Shown here in pieces: positions 1 through 11,700 of a stretch of 64,000 bases of DNA. This DNA is from Nitrosopumilus sp. Lineage in GTDB: Archaea; Thermoproteota; Nitrososphaeria; Nitrososphaerales; Nitrosopumilaceae. The first letter of the stretch is position 1. Each line of letters opens with the position of its first letter. The DNA lies in contig OZ252243.1 of assembly GCA_965249555.1 (NCBI GenBank), positions 672,001 to 736,000 on the forward strand, written 5' to 3'. The translations under genes were made by a program, and so were the position numbers. The notes beneath the pieces were generated by a model. That model ran no database searches, was not told the origin of the DNA, and was given only the letters and a program-made list of their open reading frames with translations.

Positions 1-318
1 ATTCCAGTCATAGTCAAATCTTTCTGGCAGTGGTACAGTCTCTATATTATTTAGCTTGCCGCCATACTTTAGATGGTGGATGTTTTGCTCTAGATTGTCT
101 AGTGCCCCAAAGACATCATTGTGTACGGGAATATCAGACAGGTTATGTTGTACTTCAATTTGTACATATGTGGTGAGCAGTCTGTTTTTTCCTGCAACAT
201 TTACAATGTTTCCAGTATGATTAATTTGGGATTCAAAATGTACAATAATTAAAGAGCTTGTAACTATTAGTGTAATTTGCAGCATTACCAGTATTGCTAT
301 TTTTTGCGTAAACTTCAA
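1..318 (-). CDS. N-terminal part of a membrane sensor (histidine kinase/chemoreceptor) with PilJ/NarX-like periplasmic domain; runs off the window edge
   Basis: Manual translation from TTG at 318: MKFTQKIAILVMLQITLIVTSSLIIVHFESQINHTGNIVNVAGKNRLLTT... TM helix followed by a P-box-like NIVNVAGKNRLL motif. Open to base 1. Confidence 0.6.
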   Translation of the reverse strand, partial: MKFTQKIAILVMLQITLIVTSSLIIVHFESQINHTGNIVNVAGKNRLLTTYVQIEVQHNLSDIPVHNDVFGALDNLEQNIHHLKYGGKLNNIETVPLPERFDYDWN

Positions 319-644
319 CTATAATATGTCAAAGGACAAACAATAAAAAATTATACAAGGCATGCCGCAAGTCATTATCAACTGTATTATAACAGGGTGG
401 CCGTGTATGGTACAATGACGTACAAGAACGCAAAGACAGTACCGTTTGCCTCTCTGATTGCTGCAATGATCCTCATGTTGAACAGATGTTATACGAAATC
501 TTTTCTGTATCTTGTGTATACCTACTGTTGGGCCTGAGAGTTGAAAGGCAGATGCCTGCAATAATCCGGGCACATGCTAACTCTGAAAGTGTATTATACA
601 CAAAATCATGAACTGACACAACGAAGATGCAAATCATATCACAG

Positions 645-702
645 GTCCTGATTCAGCAAGACATAGTCGCAGCAGGGTTGGAGACGGTTTCGTATGGGAA
701 CC
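645..702 (+). repeat. Copy A of a ~60-70 bp non-coding element, inverted relative to the copy at 2399-2468
   Basis: GTCCTGATTCAGCAA...CAGCAGGGTTGGAGACGGTTTCGTATGGGAACC matches the reverse complement of 2399-2468 (GTCCTGATTCAGCAA...CAGTAGGGTTGGAGACGATTTCGTATGGGAGAACC). Confidence 0.8.
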
Positions 703-928
703 ATAATCACATATGATTCTCAAAAATGTGACGGAACCTAGTCATTCCAGCTAAAATCAGAGTCCCCATATATAATACAGTCACACAGCATCTCCTGGGC
801 CAGCATCTCTTGTATGGATAGTGGTTCCAGCAATGTGGGATCTGATACTCTGTCCAGCCTTAATGGCATATCATATGAGAATGACTCATCGAGGGTTCCC
901 TGAATTGCCTTACTATCAAAGATTAGAG
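701..928 (-). repeat. Orphan duplicate of the 3' end and downstream flank of the giant surface-protein gene (direct repeat of 2678-2904)
   Basis: About 10 substitutions over the ~190 bp coding part versus 2714-2904; same stop-codon context. Confidence 0.9.
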
Positions 929-1054
929 AACACCAGTTAGAATTAGTATTAAATCTCTCTTATAACTATCAGTCCATCTACGAAATTTACCACGTAAACT
1001 ATGATCACGTAAATCTATAACATCATCAAAATCATCCGAAGACAATTTTATAAT

Positions 1055-1591
1055 CTAGATCATGCCAACTTCTGCGTTTGAATCTGAAGATATGGAAATA
1101 GAGGTATTATGTAATGCGCGTATTATAGGATCTCCTGAATTATTATAACAATCAACATACAAGTAAGCGTTAGTTAGAGTGGTTTTGGTTCGTATAAGTA
1201 CTGGTGATTTCCCTTGTATCACAAACTCATTCCATGGTTCATAAGTTTGTTCGTTTATAATGTATCCGAACAAATCTTGTTTTGTTTTTGAATTAACATA
1301 TTGAGGTAACCAAGGCTCAGTTGGTTTTTTCTTTTCACCACGATTTACAAATCCAACAATACCTTGATATGAAATGATATATTTCATATTTTCAAGAATA
1401 TTCATTCCAGCAGGCATGTTTACAAATTTCTCATCAGAAATTTTTAAAATATTGTTCGGAATATTACCAACACGCAAAAACCCTTTCACTTTAGGGTGTT
1501 CAATCTTGTAATTATTAAATTCAAATTTTTTAACTTTAAACAAAAGGGAAGTCATATCCATTGGACCAATTGAAATAGAAGCGTCTGGCAT
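1055..1591 (-). CDS. Hypothetical protein, third gene of the DUF4258/YgiT operon; apparently two tandem small beta-rich domains (possibly arcadin-1-like)
   Basis: Starts 2 bp after the upstream stop. Halves KFEFNNYKIE...FLRV and EPWNEFVIQG...LIRTK...YNNSGDPII resemble each other. The family call is from memory only. Confidence 0.55.
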   Translation of the reverse strand: MPDASISIGPMDMTSLLFKVKKFEFNNYKIEHPKVKGFLRVGNIPNNILKISDEKFVNMPAGMNILENMKYIISYQGIVGFVNRGEKKKPTEPWLPQYVNSKTKQDLFGYIINEQTYEPWNEFVIQGKSPVLIRTKTTLTNAYLYVDCYNNSGDPIIRALHNTSISISSDSNAEVGMI

Positions 1592-1592
1592 T

Positions 1593-2000
1593 TTATAAAA
1601 TTGAAGGAATTAATATTTTAGGAATATGTCTTTTGTCATTCGGCATAGATTCTCCTTTGATTTCTTGTTCACCATAAGTTGAAACAATTTCAAGAGCATT
1701 AATTGTACTCTGAATGTTAGAACTATCTTGCCAAAATAATTTCCCAAATATATCAACTTCTAATATTTGTTTGATTTGTCCTATACGATATGCAACTTTC
1801 CCAGATTCAACATACCCATCTTCAGAAAGTAATCCATATCTACACATTGGACAAACCAAACCATCAAAAGATCCTAAAAAAACATCATCCACAAAATAAG
1901 GAATTAATCCTTCAATAAGACGTGTTTCACAATCAGGACATCCAAAGTCACCAGACTTTAATTGGATAGGATCTTTTTGTGTCAAGTTATCTTTAGTCAT
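1593..2000 (-). CDS. YgiT/MqsA-type zinc-finger protein, putative antitoxin
   Basis: CPDC-x26-CPMC with the LGSFDGLVCPMC pattern, directly downstream of a DUF4258-like gene. Confidence 0.65.
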   Translation of the reverse strand: MTKDNLTQKDPIQLKSGDFGCPDCETRLIEGLIPYFVDDVFLGSFDGLVCPMCRYGLLSEDGYVESGKVAYRIGQIKQILEVDIFGKLFWQDSSNIQSTINALEIVSTYGEQEIKGESMPNDKRHIPKILIPSIL

Positions 2001-2019
2001 ATTTTTGCATTTATAACTA

Positions 2020-2238
2020 TTATTTAATATAAACAGTTCTTAAAAATAACTTGCAAGTGTATTTTCTTAGAACAATTATAATAGAACCCAATGTTATCGT
2101 ATAAACATATTTTTCAATCTCATTTTTAATACCTTCACTTAGTATTTTTTCTATCGTTTGCTTTGAAATATGTTGTTGCGTCATTCTATCTTTTATGTGT
2201 ATAGAGTAATATCTGGCACAGTTTCTAAAAGGATCCAA
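2020..2238 (-). CDS. DUF4258-like (RelE/BrnT-fold) putative ribonuclease toxin
   Basis: YYSIHIKDRMTQQHISKQTIEKILSEG fits the S-x-H-(A/I)-x-x-RM-x-x-R-x-I pattern; ends ...LRTVY. Confidence 0.6.
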   Translation of the reverse strand: MDPFRNCARYYSIHIKDRMTQQHISKQTIEKILSEGIKNEIEKYVYTITLGSIIIVLRKYTCKLFLRTVYIK

Positions 2239-2398
2239 TTCATAATCTCACAGTTTTGTTTTTGTTATTTGAAATTATACAAGTCATTACAAACTTGATC
2301 GAATTTGACTATTTAGACTGATCCTAGATCGGGTTCTGGCAAGTTACAGTGACCTGTTTTCTACTGGAAAGTTTAGTGACCTGAAGGTATCAGGGTTA

Positions 2399-2468
2399 GG
2401 TTCTCCCATACGAAATCGTCTCCAACCCTACTGAGGACACCTCCTAGCGTGCTTTGCTGAATCAGGAC
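2399..2468 (-). repeat. Copy B of the inverted non-coding element; potentially structured
   Basis: See 645-702. On the minus strand AGGGTTGG can pair with downstream CTAACCCT, and GAGG-TGT-CCTC forms a small stem. Confidence 0.75.
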
Positions 2469-2713
2469 ATCTCAGATATGCCATCTCATTTTGTCTCTGC
2501 CTTTGGTACAGAGAGTTTTATTTTTGCAAAAAGTACGGGAAGGATTCTTGTCATATTTTGATTCCAGGAATTGCATTAATAATTCATCAGGGATTGTTTT
2601 TGCAAATGATGCAAAATCCATCCATTGTTTTTGTAAAATATTCCATGATAATCTAGGGGCAGTAGATACCCAATAACCTAATTACATATAATTCTCAAAA
2701 GATATGATGGAAC

Positions 2714-5700
2714 CTAGTCGTTCCAGCTAAAATCAGAGTCATCATATATCATACAGTCACACAGCATCTCCCGGGCCAGCATCTCCTGTATGGATAGTGA
2801 TTCCAGCAATGCGGGATCTGATACTCTGTCCAGCCTTAATGGCATATCATATGAGAATGATTCATCGAGGGTTCCCTGAATTGCCTTACTATCAAAGATC
2901 AGAGTTGCCCTATCCTGCTCATCAATTACCAGATTTGCAAAGTTTGAATGAATTCTAGTCATTACGCTTGTTGGCGAATCATCTCTTTGTTGTATATCAG
3001 GTCTTGTAATCTGCAACCAGGTGCCATAGTCATTTTGTGACCATATGTATCCATATTGGTCCTCCCAGACCTGGTAACGTCTGTCTTGCTGGGTTAGTGA
3101 TATGGTCTCAAACGGATTCTGGTTGCCATGCTTTTGTTTTAGTTCATGAGTTGCTGCTGCAAGTAATGCTTCTCCCACAAACTCTACACCTTCGTTGATA
3201 TATGTGGTAGTAGAATAACGTTGTTTGTCAACTGCATTAATTGCCAATACTTCATGGGATAATGGTGCCATTATTACAAATGATATGGTAACATCAAAGC
3301 ACCTCTCTGCAGTATCTGATGATGTACATTTGACTTTACTAATTGTGGCACCAGTCATGTTCTGATTTACCAGTCCCTCTTTTTGCTCATGGACTATATC
3401 TGCAATGTCATAGCCTGCAGGACTGGTATAGTTGCTATTTACATTCACTATAATGTGGGACTCTGCATTAGTCTTCAGGCCAACTTCTGGAACTCCAAGG
3501 GATAGAGATACCGACTTTAGGCCATTTGTTGCATAGCCTTTGATGTGGACTGTATTGTTATCACCAATAATGCTGCTAGTCATATTAAAGTCAGTGTGCC
3601 AGTTGTTTGTAATGGTTAATGGCATGCCATTAAAGACAAAGCCGTCATCAACTAGCTGTACTGCTTGATTATTCCAATGTTTGCCAAAGGTTGGCTTTGT
3701 TTTCCATTCATTAGAATCTCCACCTTTTTTCTTTGGTGTTTCAGTTCCAGAAGGTACACTAGCGGTGCCACCAACTGCTGTTGTATCAAGTGTAATGACT
3801 ATAGATGGTGATGCAGCAGATGTGTTGACTCCATCAGATGCCGTTGCAGTAAAAGAGTTCTCACCTTCATCTAGTGCAACTTCTGTAAATGAGAAATTCC
3901 CTGAACCATCGGCAATTACTGTACCAGCTGGTGTTGCTCCATTGAATAGTTCTATAGTTGCTCCGGCTTCAGTTGAACCGCCTTCAATTGTGATTGGTGA
4001 TGAGGAAACAATTGCAGGTGATGTGGCAATTGCAGGAACTGGTGGTGCTGTGGTATCAGATTCTACTGTTACAGTTTCAGTGATTGTTGCGACTTGTCCA
4101 TTGCTGTCAGTTACGGTATAAGTTACAACATAGTCTCTAGAAGTGTTGGCATTTACTGTTTCACCGCCAACTAAACTGGATGCAATTCCTGAGATATCAG
4201 ATTCATTGGCAATTACACCTGGGGTGTATGTTCCGTCAAATGGTACTGCAGTGGAATAGTCAACTGTGTGACCATCAACATCAAAGGTTGGTGCTGTGGT
4301 ATCAACTACGGTAATTGTAATTGATTTTTGGTCTGGTGTGTTGCCTGCCGCATCATCTGGTGCATCATACAATACGGTGTATTCTCCTATACTACTGGTG
4401 TCAGGTGTATCACCTGTAACTGTTACTGTTCCAGAGTAGGCTTGGTTATTATCAGTTACAGTAGCGTCAGGTATAGTGTAGGTGTTGGTTTGAGTTAACT
4501 CAATTATTTCACTAGATCCTGCTGGTGTGATAACTGGTTTTTCTGTATCAGGTAGAGTTGGTGCTGTGGTATCAGCTGTAACTGTAACTGTTCTAGTTAC
4601 TGTAACTGCAGGGTTTCCAGCTGCATCATCTACATCAAAGGTAACATCATAGGTTCCAACCTCACTGGTATCAACTGTATCTCCACCAACAGATACGTCA
4701 TCTGTGATAACTCCATCAGTGTTATCAGTTGCAGTAAAGGTGAATGGTGTGTATGTTTCTCCAAGTTCAATGGAAAATGATTCCTCATTGACTGTGATAG
4801 ATGGTACTGTGGTATCAGCTGTAACTGTAACTGTTCTAGTTACTGTTACTGCATGGTTTCCGGCCGCATCATCCACATCAAAGGTTACATTGTAAGTATT
4901 ATCTACACTGGTATCAACTGTATCTCCAACAACTACATTATCTGTGATATCCCCGTCAGTGTTATCATTTGCAGAATAGGTGAATGCTGTGTATGTTTCT
5001 CCAAGTTCAACGGAGAATGAATCTTTATCAACTGTGATTACTGGTGCTATGGTATCAAGCGTAATGACTATAGCTGGTGATGCAGCAGATGTGTTTGGTC
5101 CATCAGATGCCGTTGCAGTAAACGAGTTCTCACCATCAGTCAGTGTAACTGTAAATGAGAAAGATCCCGAATCAGCAGTTACTGTATCAACTGTTGTTCC
5201 TCCACGGAACAGTTCCACAGTTGTCCCGGCCTCAGCCGTACCATCAATCGTGATTGATGGTGTATTGACAGTTGCAGGTGGTGTGGTAATTGCAGGAACT
5301 GCTGGTGCTGTGGTATCAAGTGTAATGAGTATAGGTGATGATGATGCAGATGTGTTTGGTCCATCAGACGCTGTTACAGTGAATGAGTTGGCACCCTTAG
5401 TCAGTGTAACTGTAAATGAGAAAGATCCCGAATCAGCAGTTACTGTATCACCAGTTGATGTTGCTCCCTTGAGCAGTGCTACAGTTGTCCCGGCCTCAGC
5501 CGTACCTTCAATCGTGAATGATGGTGTATTGACAGTTGCAGGTGGTGTGGTGATTATAGGAGCTTCCGGTGGTATGGTATCAAGTGTAATGAGTACAGGT
5601 GATGATGCGTCAGATGTGTTTGGTCCATCAGACGCCGTTGCAGTGAATGAGTTCTCACCATCAGTCAGTGTAACTGTAAATGAGAAAGATCCTGAATCAG

Positions 5701-8700
5701 CAGTTACTGTATCACCAGTTGATGTTCCCCCCTTGAATAGTTCTACAGTTGTCCCGGCCTCAGCCGTACCTTCAATCGTGATTGATGGTGTATTGACAGT
5801 TGCAGGTGAGGTGGTAATTTCGGGAGCTTCCGGTGCTGTGGTATCAAGTGTAATGAGTACAGGTGATGATGATGCAGATGTGTTTGGTCCATCAGACGCC
5901 GTTGCAGTGAATGAGTTCTCACCTTCATCTAGTGCAACTCCTGTAAATGAGAAATTCCCGTCACCATCAGCAGCTACTGTATCACCAGTTGATGTTGCTC
6001 CCTTGAGCAGTGCTACAGTTGTCCCGGCCTCAGCCGTACCTTCAATCGTGAATGATGGTGTATTGACAGTTGCAGGTGAGGTGGTGATTTCAGGAGCTTC
6101 CGGTGCTGTGGTGTCAACTACAGTAATTACAATTGATTTTTCATCTGGTGTGTTACCTGCCGCATCATCTGGCGCATTATACAATACGGTGTATTCTTTT
6201 ACAACACGGGTGTCAGGTGTAGCACCTGTAACTGCTACTGTTCCAGTGTAGACTGGGTCATTATCAGTTACGATAGCGCCTTGTTCTGTGTAGGTGTTGG
6301 TTTGAGTTAACTCAATTGTTTGGGTAGATCCTGCTGGTGTGATTACTGGTGCTGTGGTATCTGTAACTGTAACTGTTCTAGCTACTGTTACTGCATGGTT
6401 TCCGACCGCATCATCCACATCAAAGGTAACATCATAGGTTCCAGCTGTATCGGTATCAGCTGGATATCCAGCAACAGTTACCTCACCGGTGATAATCCCG
6501 TCAGTATTATCATTTGCAGTAAAGGTGAATAGCTCGTACGTTCCTCCAAGCTCGACGGAGAGCGAATCCTCATTGACTGTGATGGTTGGCACCGTGGCAT
6601 CAGGTGTAACTGTGACTGTCCTGGTTACTGTTACTGCATGGTTTCCAGCCGCATCATCCACATCAAAGGTAACAGTGTAGGTATTAGCTACACTGGTATC
6701 AACTGTATCTCCAACAACTACATTATCTGTGATATCCCCGTCAGTGTTATCATTTGCAGAATAGGTGAATGCTGTGTATGTTTCTCCAAGTTCAACGGAG
6801 AATGAATCTTTATCAACTGTGATTACTGGTGCTATGGTATCAAGTGTAATGAGTACAGGTGATGATGATGCAGATGTGTTTGGTCCATCAGTTGCTGTTG
6901 CAGTGAATGAGTTCTCACCATCAGTCAGTGTAACTGTAAATGAGAAATTTCCGTCACCATCAGCAGTTATTGTATCAACTGTTGATCCTTCATTGAATAG
7001 TTCTACAGTTGTCCCGGCTTCAGCCGTACCTTCAATCGTGAATGATGATAAGGAAACAGTTTCAGATGGCGTGGTAATTGCAGGAACCGGTGGTGTTTCA
7101 GTATCAAGCGTAATGAGTACAGCTGGTGATGCGCCAGATGTGTTTGGTCCGTCAGACGCTGTTGCAGTGAATGAGTTCTCACCCTCAGTCAGTGTAACTG
7201 TAAATGAGAAAGATCCCGAATCAGCAGCTACTGTATCACCAGTTGATGTTGCTCCCTTGAGCAGTGCTACAGTTGTCCCGGCCTCAGCCGTACCTTCAAT
7301 CGTGAATGATGATGAACCGACAGTTACAGGTGAGGTGGTGATTATAGGAGCTTCCGGTGCTATGGTATCAAGCGTAATGACTATAGCTGGTGATGGACCA
7401 GACGTGTTGACTCCATCAGATGCTCTTGCAGTGAATGAGTTGGCACCTTCATCTAGTACAACTCCTGCAAATGAGAAACTACCTGAACCATCGGCAGTTA
7501 CTGTACCAGCTGGTGTTGCTCCATTGAATAGTGTTATAGTTGCTCCGGCCTCAGTTGAACCGCCATCAATTGTGATTGGTGATGCGCCAACAGTTGCAGG
7601 TGGCGTGGTAATTGCAGGAACTGGTGGTGCTGTAACATCAGATTCTACTGTTACAGTTTCAGTGATTGTTGCGACTTGTCCATTGTTGTCAGTTACAGTG
7701 TAAGTTACAGCATATTCTCCAGAAGCGTTGACATTGACTGTTTCATCACCAACTGTACTGGATTTAATTCCTGAGATATCAGATTGATTGTTAATTACAC
7801 CTGGGGTGTATGGTCCGCCAAATGGTACTGTAGTGGAATAGTCATCTGTGTTACCATCAACATCAAAGGTTGGCGGTGTGGTATCAGATACAGTAATTAC
7901 AATTGATTGTTGGTCCGGTGTGTTGCCTGCCGCATCATCTGGCGCATCATACAATACGGTGTAAACTCCTATACTACTGGTGTCAGGCGTATCACCAGAG
8001 GGTGTTGCCGTTTCAGAGTAATCTGGGTCATTATCAGTTACGGTGCCGCCTTGTTCTGTGTAGGTGTCAGTTGCAGTCAACTCTATTGTTGTATCAGATC
8101 CTGTTGGTGTGATTACTGGCGGCGTAACATCAGGTCCTACTGTTACAGTTTCAGTGATTGTTCTGCTTTGTTCATTGTTGTCAGTTACGGTGTAAGTTAC
8201 AGCATATTCTCCAGAAGCGTTGACATTGACTGTTTTGCCGCCAACTGTACTGGATTTAATTCCTGAGATATCAGATTGATTGTTAATTACACCTTGGGTG
8301 TATGGTCCGCCAAATGGCACTGTAGTGGAATAGTCATCTGTGTTACCATCAACATCAAAGGTTGGCGGTGTGGTATCAGATACGGTAATTACAATTGATT
8401 GTTGGTCCGGTGTGTTGCCTGCCGCATCATCTGGCGCATCATACAATACGGTGTAAACTCCTATACTACTGGTGTCAGGTGTATCACCAGAGACTGCTAC
8501 TGTTCCAGGGTAGGCCGGGTCATTATCAGTTACGGTGCCGCCTTGTTCTGTGTAGGTGTCAGTTGCAGTCAACTCTATTGTTGTATCAGATCCTGTTGGT
8601 GTGATTACTGGCGCTGTGGTGTCAAGTGTGATGAGTACTGCTGGTGATGGATCAGACGTGTTGACTCCATCAGATGCTCTTGCAGTAAATGAGTTGCCAC

Positions 8701-11700
8701 CCTCATCTAGTTCAACTCCTGCAAATGAGAAATTCCCTGAATCATCGGCAGTTGTCGTACCAGCTGGTGTCACCCCATTGAATAGTTGTATAGTTGCCCC
8801 GGCCTCAGTTGAAGTACCATCAATTGTGATTGGTGTAGAGCCAACAGTTGCAGGTGGCGTGGTAATTGCAGGAACTGGTGGCGGTGTGGTATCAGTTACT
8901 TTGTATGTTCTGGTTTTATCACCAGCCGGGTTTGTACCATCAGTTGAGGAATAAGTGATAGTGTAATCGCCTACTGTGCCAACATCAACAGTTCCAGATA
9001 TGGTGATTGGAGAGCCATCATCAGTTGATACTCCATCAAGAAGTACCGGTGCAGGTGAGTCTAGTTCAAGGGTGATCTCTTCTGGAGTTACTGTGATTAC
9101 CGGCGGCGTAACATCAGGTCCTACTGTTACAGTTTCAGTGATTGTTCTGCTTTGTTCATTGTTGTCAGTTACGGTGTAAGTTACAGCATATTCTCCAGAA
9201 GCGTTGACATTGACTGTTTTGCCGCCAACCATACCAGGTGCAGTTCCTGAGATATCAAATGCATTGGCAATCGTACCTTGGGCGTATGTTCCGCCAAATG
9301 GCACTGTAGTGGAATAGTCATCTGTGTTACCATCAACATCAAAGGTTGGCGGTGTGGTATCAGATACGGTAATTACAATTGATTGTTGGTCCGGTGTGTT
9401 GCCTGCCGCATCATCTGGCGCATCATACAATACGGTGTAAACTCCTATACTGCTGGTGTCAGGCGTATCACCAGAGGGTGTTGCCGTTTCAGAGTAATCT
9501 GGGTCATTATCAGTTACGGTGCCGCCTTGTTCTGTGTAGGTGTCAGTTGCAGTCAACTCTATTGTTGTATCAGATCCTGTTGGTGTGATTACTGGCGGCG
9601 TAACATCAGGTCCTACTGTTACAGTTTCAGTGATTGTTCTGCTTTGTTCATTGTTGTCAGTTACGGTGTAAGTTACAGCATATTCTCCAGAAGCGTTGAC
9701 ATTGACTGTTTTGCCGCCAACTGTACTGGATTTAATTCCTGAGATATCAGATGCATTGGCAATCGTACCTTGGGTGTATGTTCCGCCAAATGGCACTGTA
9801 GTGGAATAGTCATCTGTGTTACCATCAACATCAAAGGTTGGCGGTGTGGTATCAGATACGGTAATTACAATTGATTGTTGGTCCGGTGTGTTGCCTGCCG
9901 CATCATCTGGCGCATCATACAATACGGTGTAAACTCCTATACTGCTGGTGTCAGGCGTATCACCAGAGGGTGTTGCCGTTTCAGAGTAATCTGGGTCATT
10001 ATCAGTTACGGTGCCGCCTTGTTCTGTGTAGGTGTCAGTTGCAGTCAACTCTATTGTTGTATCAGATCCTGTTGGTGTGATTACTGGTGGTATAGTGTCA
10101 AGTGTGATGAGTACTGCTGGTGATGGATCAGATGTGTTGACTCCATCAGTTGCTCTTGCAGTAAATGAGTTGCCACCCTCATCTAGTTCAACTCCTGCAA
10201 ATGAGAAATTCCCCGAATCATCGGCAGTTGTCGTACCAGCTGGTGTCACCCCATTGAATAGTTGTATAGTTGCCCCGGCCTCAGTTGAAGTACCATCAAT
10301 TGTGATTGGTGTAGAGCCAACAGTTGCAGGTGGCGTGGTAATTGCAGGAACTGGTGGCGGTGTGGTATCAGTTACTTTGTATGTTCTGGTTTTATCACCA
10401 GCCGGGTTTGTACCATCAGTTGAGGAATAAGTGATAGTGTAATCGCCTACTGTGCCAACATCAACAGTTCCAGATATGGTGATTGGGGAGCCATCATCAG
10501 TTGATACTCCATCAAGAAGTACCGGTGCAGGTGAGTCTAGTTCAAGGGTGATCTCTTCTGGAGTTACTGTGATTACCGGCGGCGTAACATCAGGTCCTAC
10601 TGTTACAGTTTGAGTGATTGTTCTGCTTTGTTCATTGTTGTCAGTTACGGTGTAAGTTACAGCATATTCTCCAGAAGCGTTGACATTGACTGTTTTGCCG
10701 CCAACCATACCAGGTGCAGTTCCTGAGATATCAAATGCATTGGCAATCGTACCTTGGGCGTATGTTCCGCCAAATGGCACTGTAGTGGAATAGTCATCTG
10801 TGTTACCATCAACATCAAAGGTTGGCGGTGTGGTATCAGATACGGTAATTACAATTGATTGTTGGTCCGGTGTGTTGCCTGCCGCATCATCTGGCGCATC
10901 ATACAATACGGTGTAAACTCCTATACTGCTGGTGTCAGGCGTATCACCAGAGGGTGTTGCCGTTTCAGAGTAATCTGGGTCATTATCAGTTACGGTGCCG
11001 CCTTGTTCTGTGTAGGTGTCAGTTGCAGTCAACTCTATTGTTGTATCAGATCCTGTTGGTGTGATTACTGGCGGCGTAACATCAGGTCCTACTGTTACAG
11101 TTTCAGTGATTGTTCTGCTTTGTTCATTGTTGTCAGTTACGGTGTAAGTTACAGCATATTCTCCAGAAGCGTTGACATTGACTGTTTTGCCGCCAACTGT
11201 ACTGGATTTAATTCCTGAGATATCAGATTGATTGTTAATTACACCTGGGGTGTATGTTCCGCCAAATGGCACTGTAGTGGAATAGTCATCTGTGTTACCA
11301 TCAACATCAAAGGTTGGCGGTGTGGTATCAGATACGGTAATTACAATTGATTGTTGGTCCGGTGTGTTGCCTGCCGCATCATCTGGCGCATCATACAATA
11401 CGGTGTAAACTCCTATACTGCTGGTGTCAGGCGTATCACCAGAGGGTGTTGCCGTTTCAGAGTAATCTGGGTCATTATCAGTTACGGTGCCGCCTTGTTC
11501 TGTGTAGGTGTCAGTTGCAGTCAACTCTATTGTTGTATCAGATCCTGTTGGTGTGATTACTGGTGGTATAGTGTCAAGTGTGATGAGTACTGCTGGTGAT
11601 GGATCAGATGTGTTGACTCCATCAGTTGCTCTTGCAGTAAATGAGTTGCCACCCTCATCTAGTTCAACTCCTGCAAATGAGAAATTCCCTGAATCATCGG

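Noticed and set aside
319-573. 84-aa minus-strand ORF
   Set aside because: No recognisable motif. The opposite strand (ATG 415) carries what looks like a decayed signal peptide (MTYKNAKTVPFASLIAAMIL), too short to call.
701-2904. DGR template/variable repeat pair at the C-terminus of the giant gene
   Set aside because: Mismatches are mixed (A/G, C/A, C/T, T/C in both directions), not adenine-specific on either strand, and there is no reverse transcriptase in the window.
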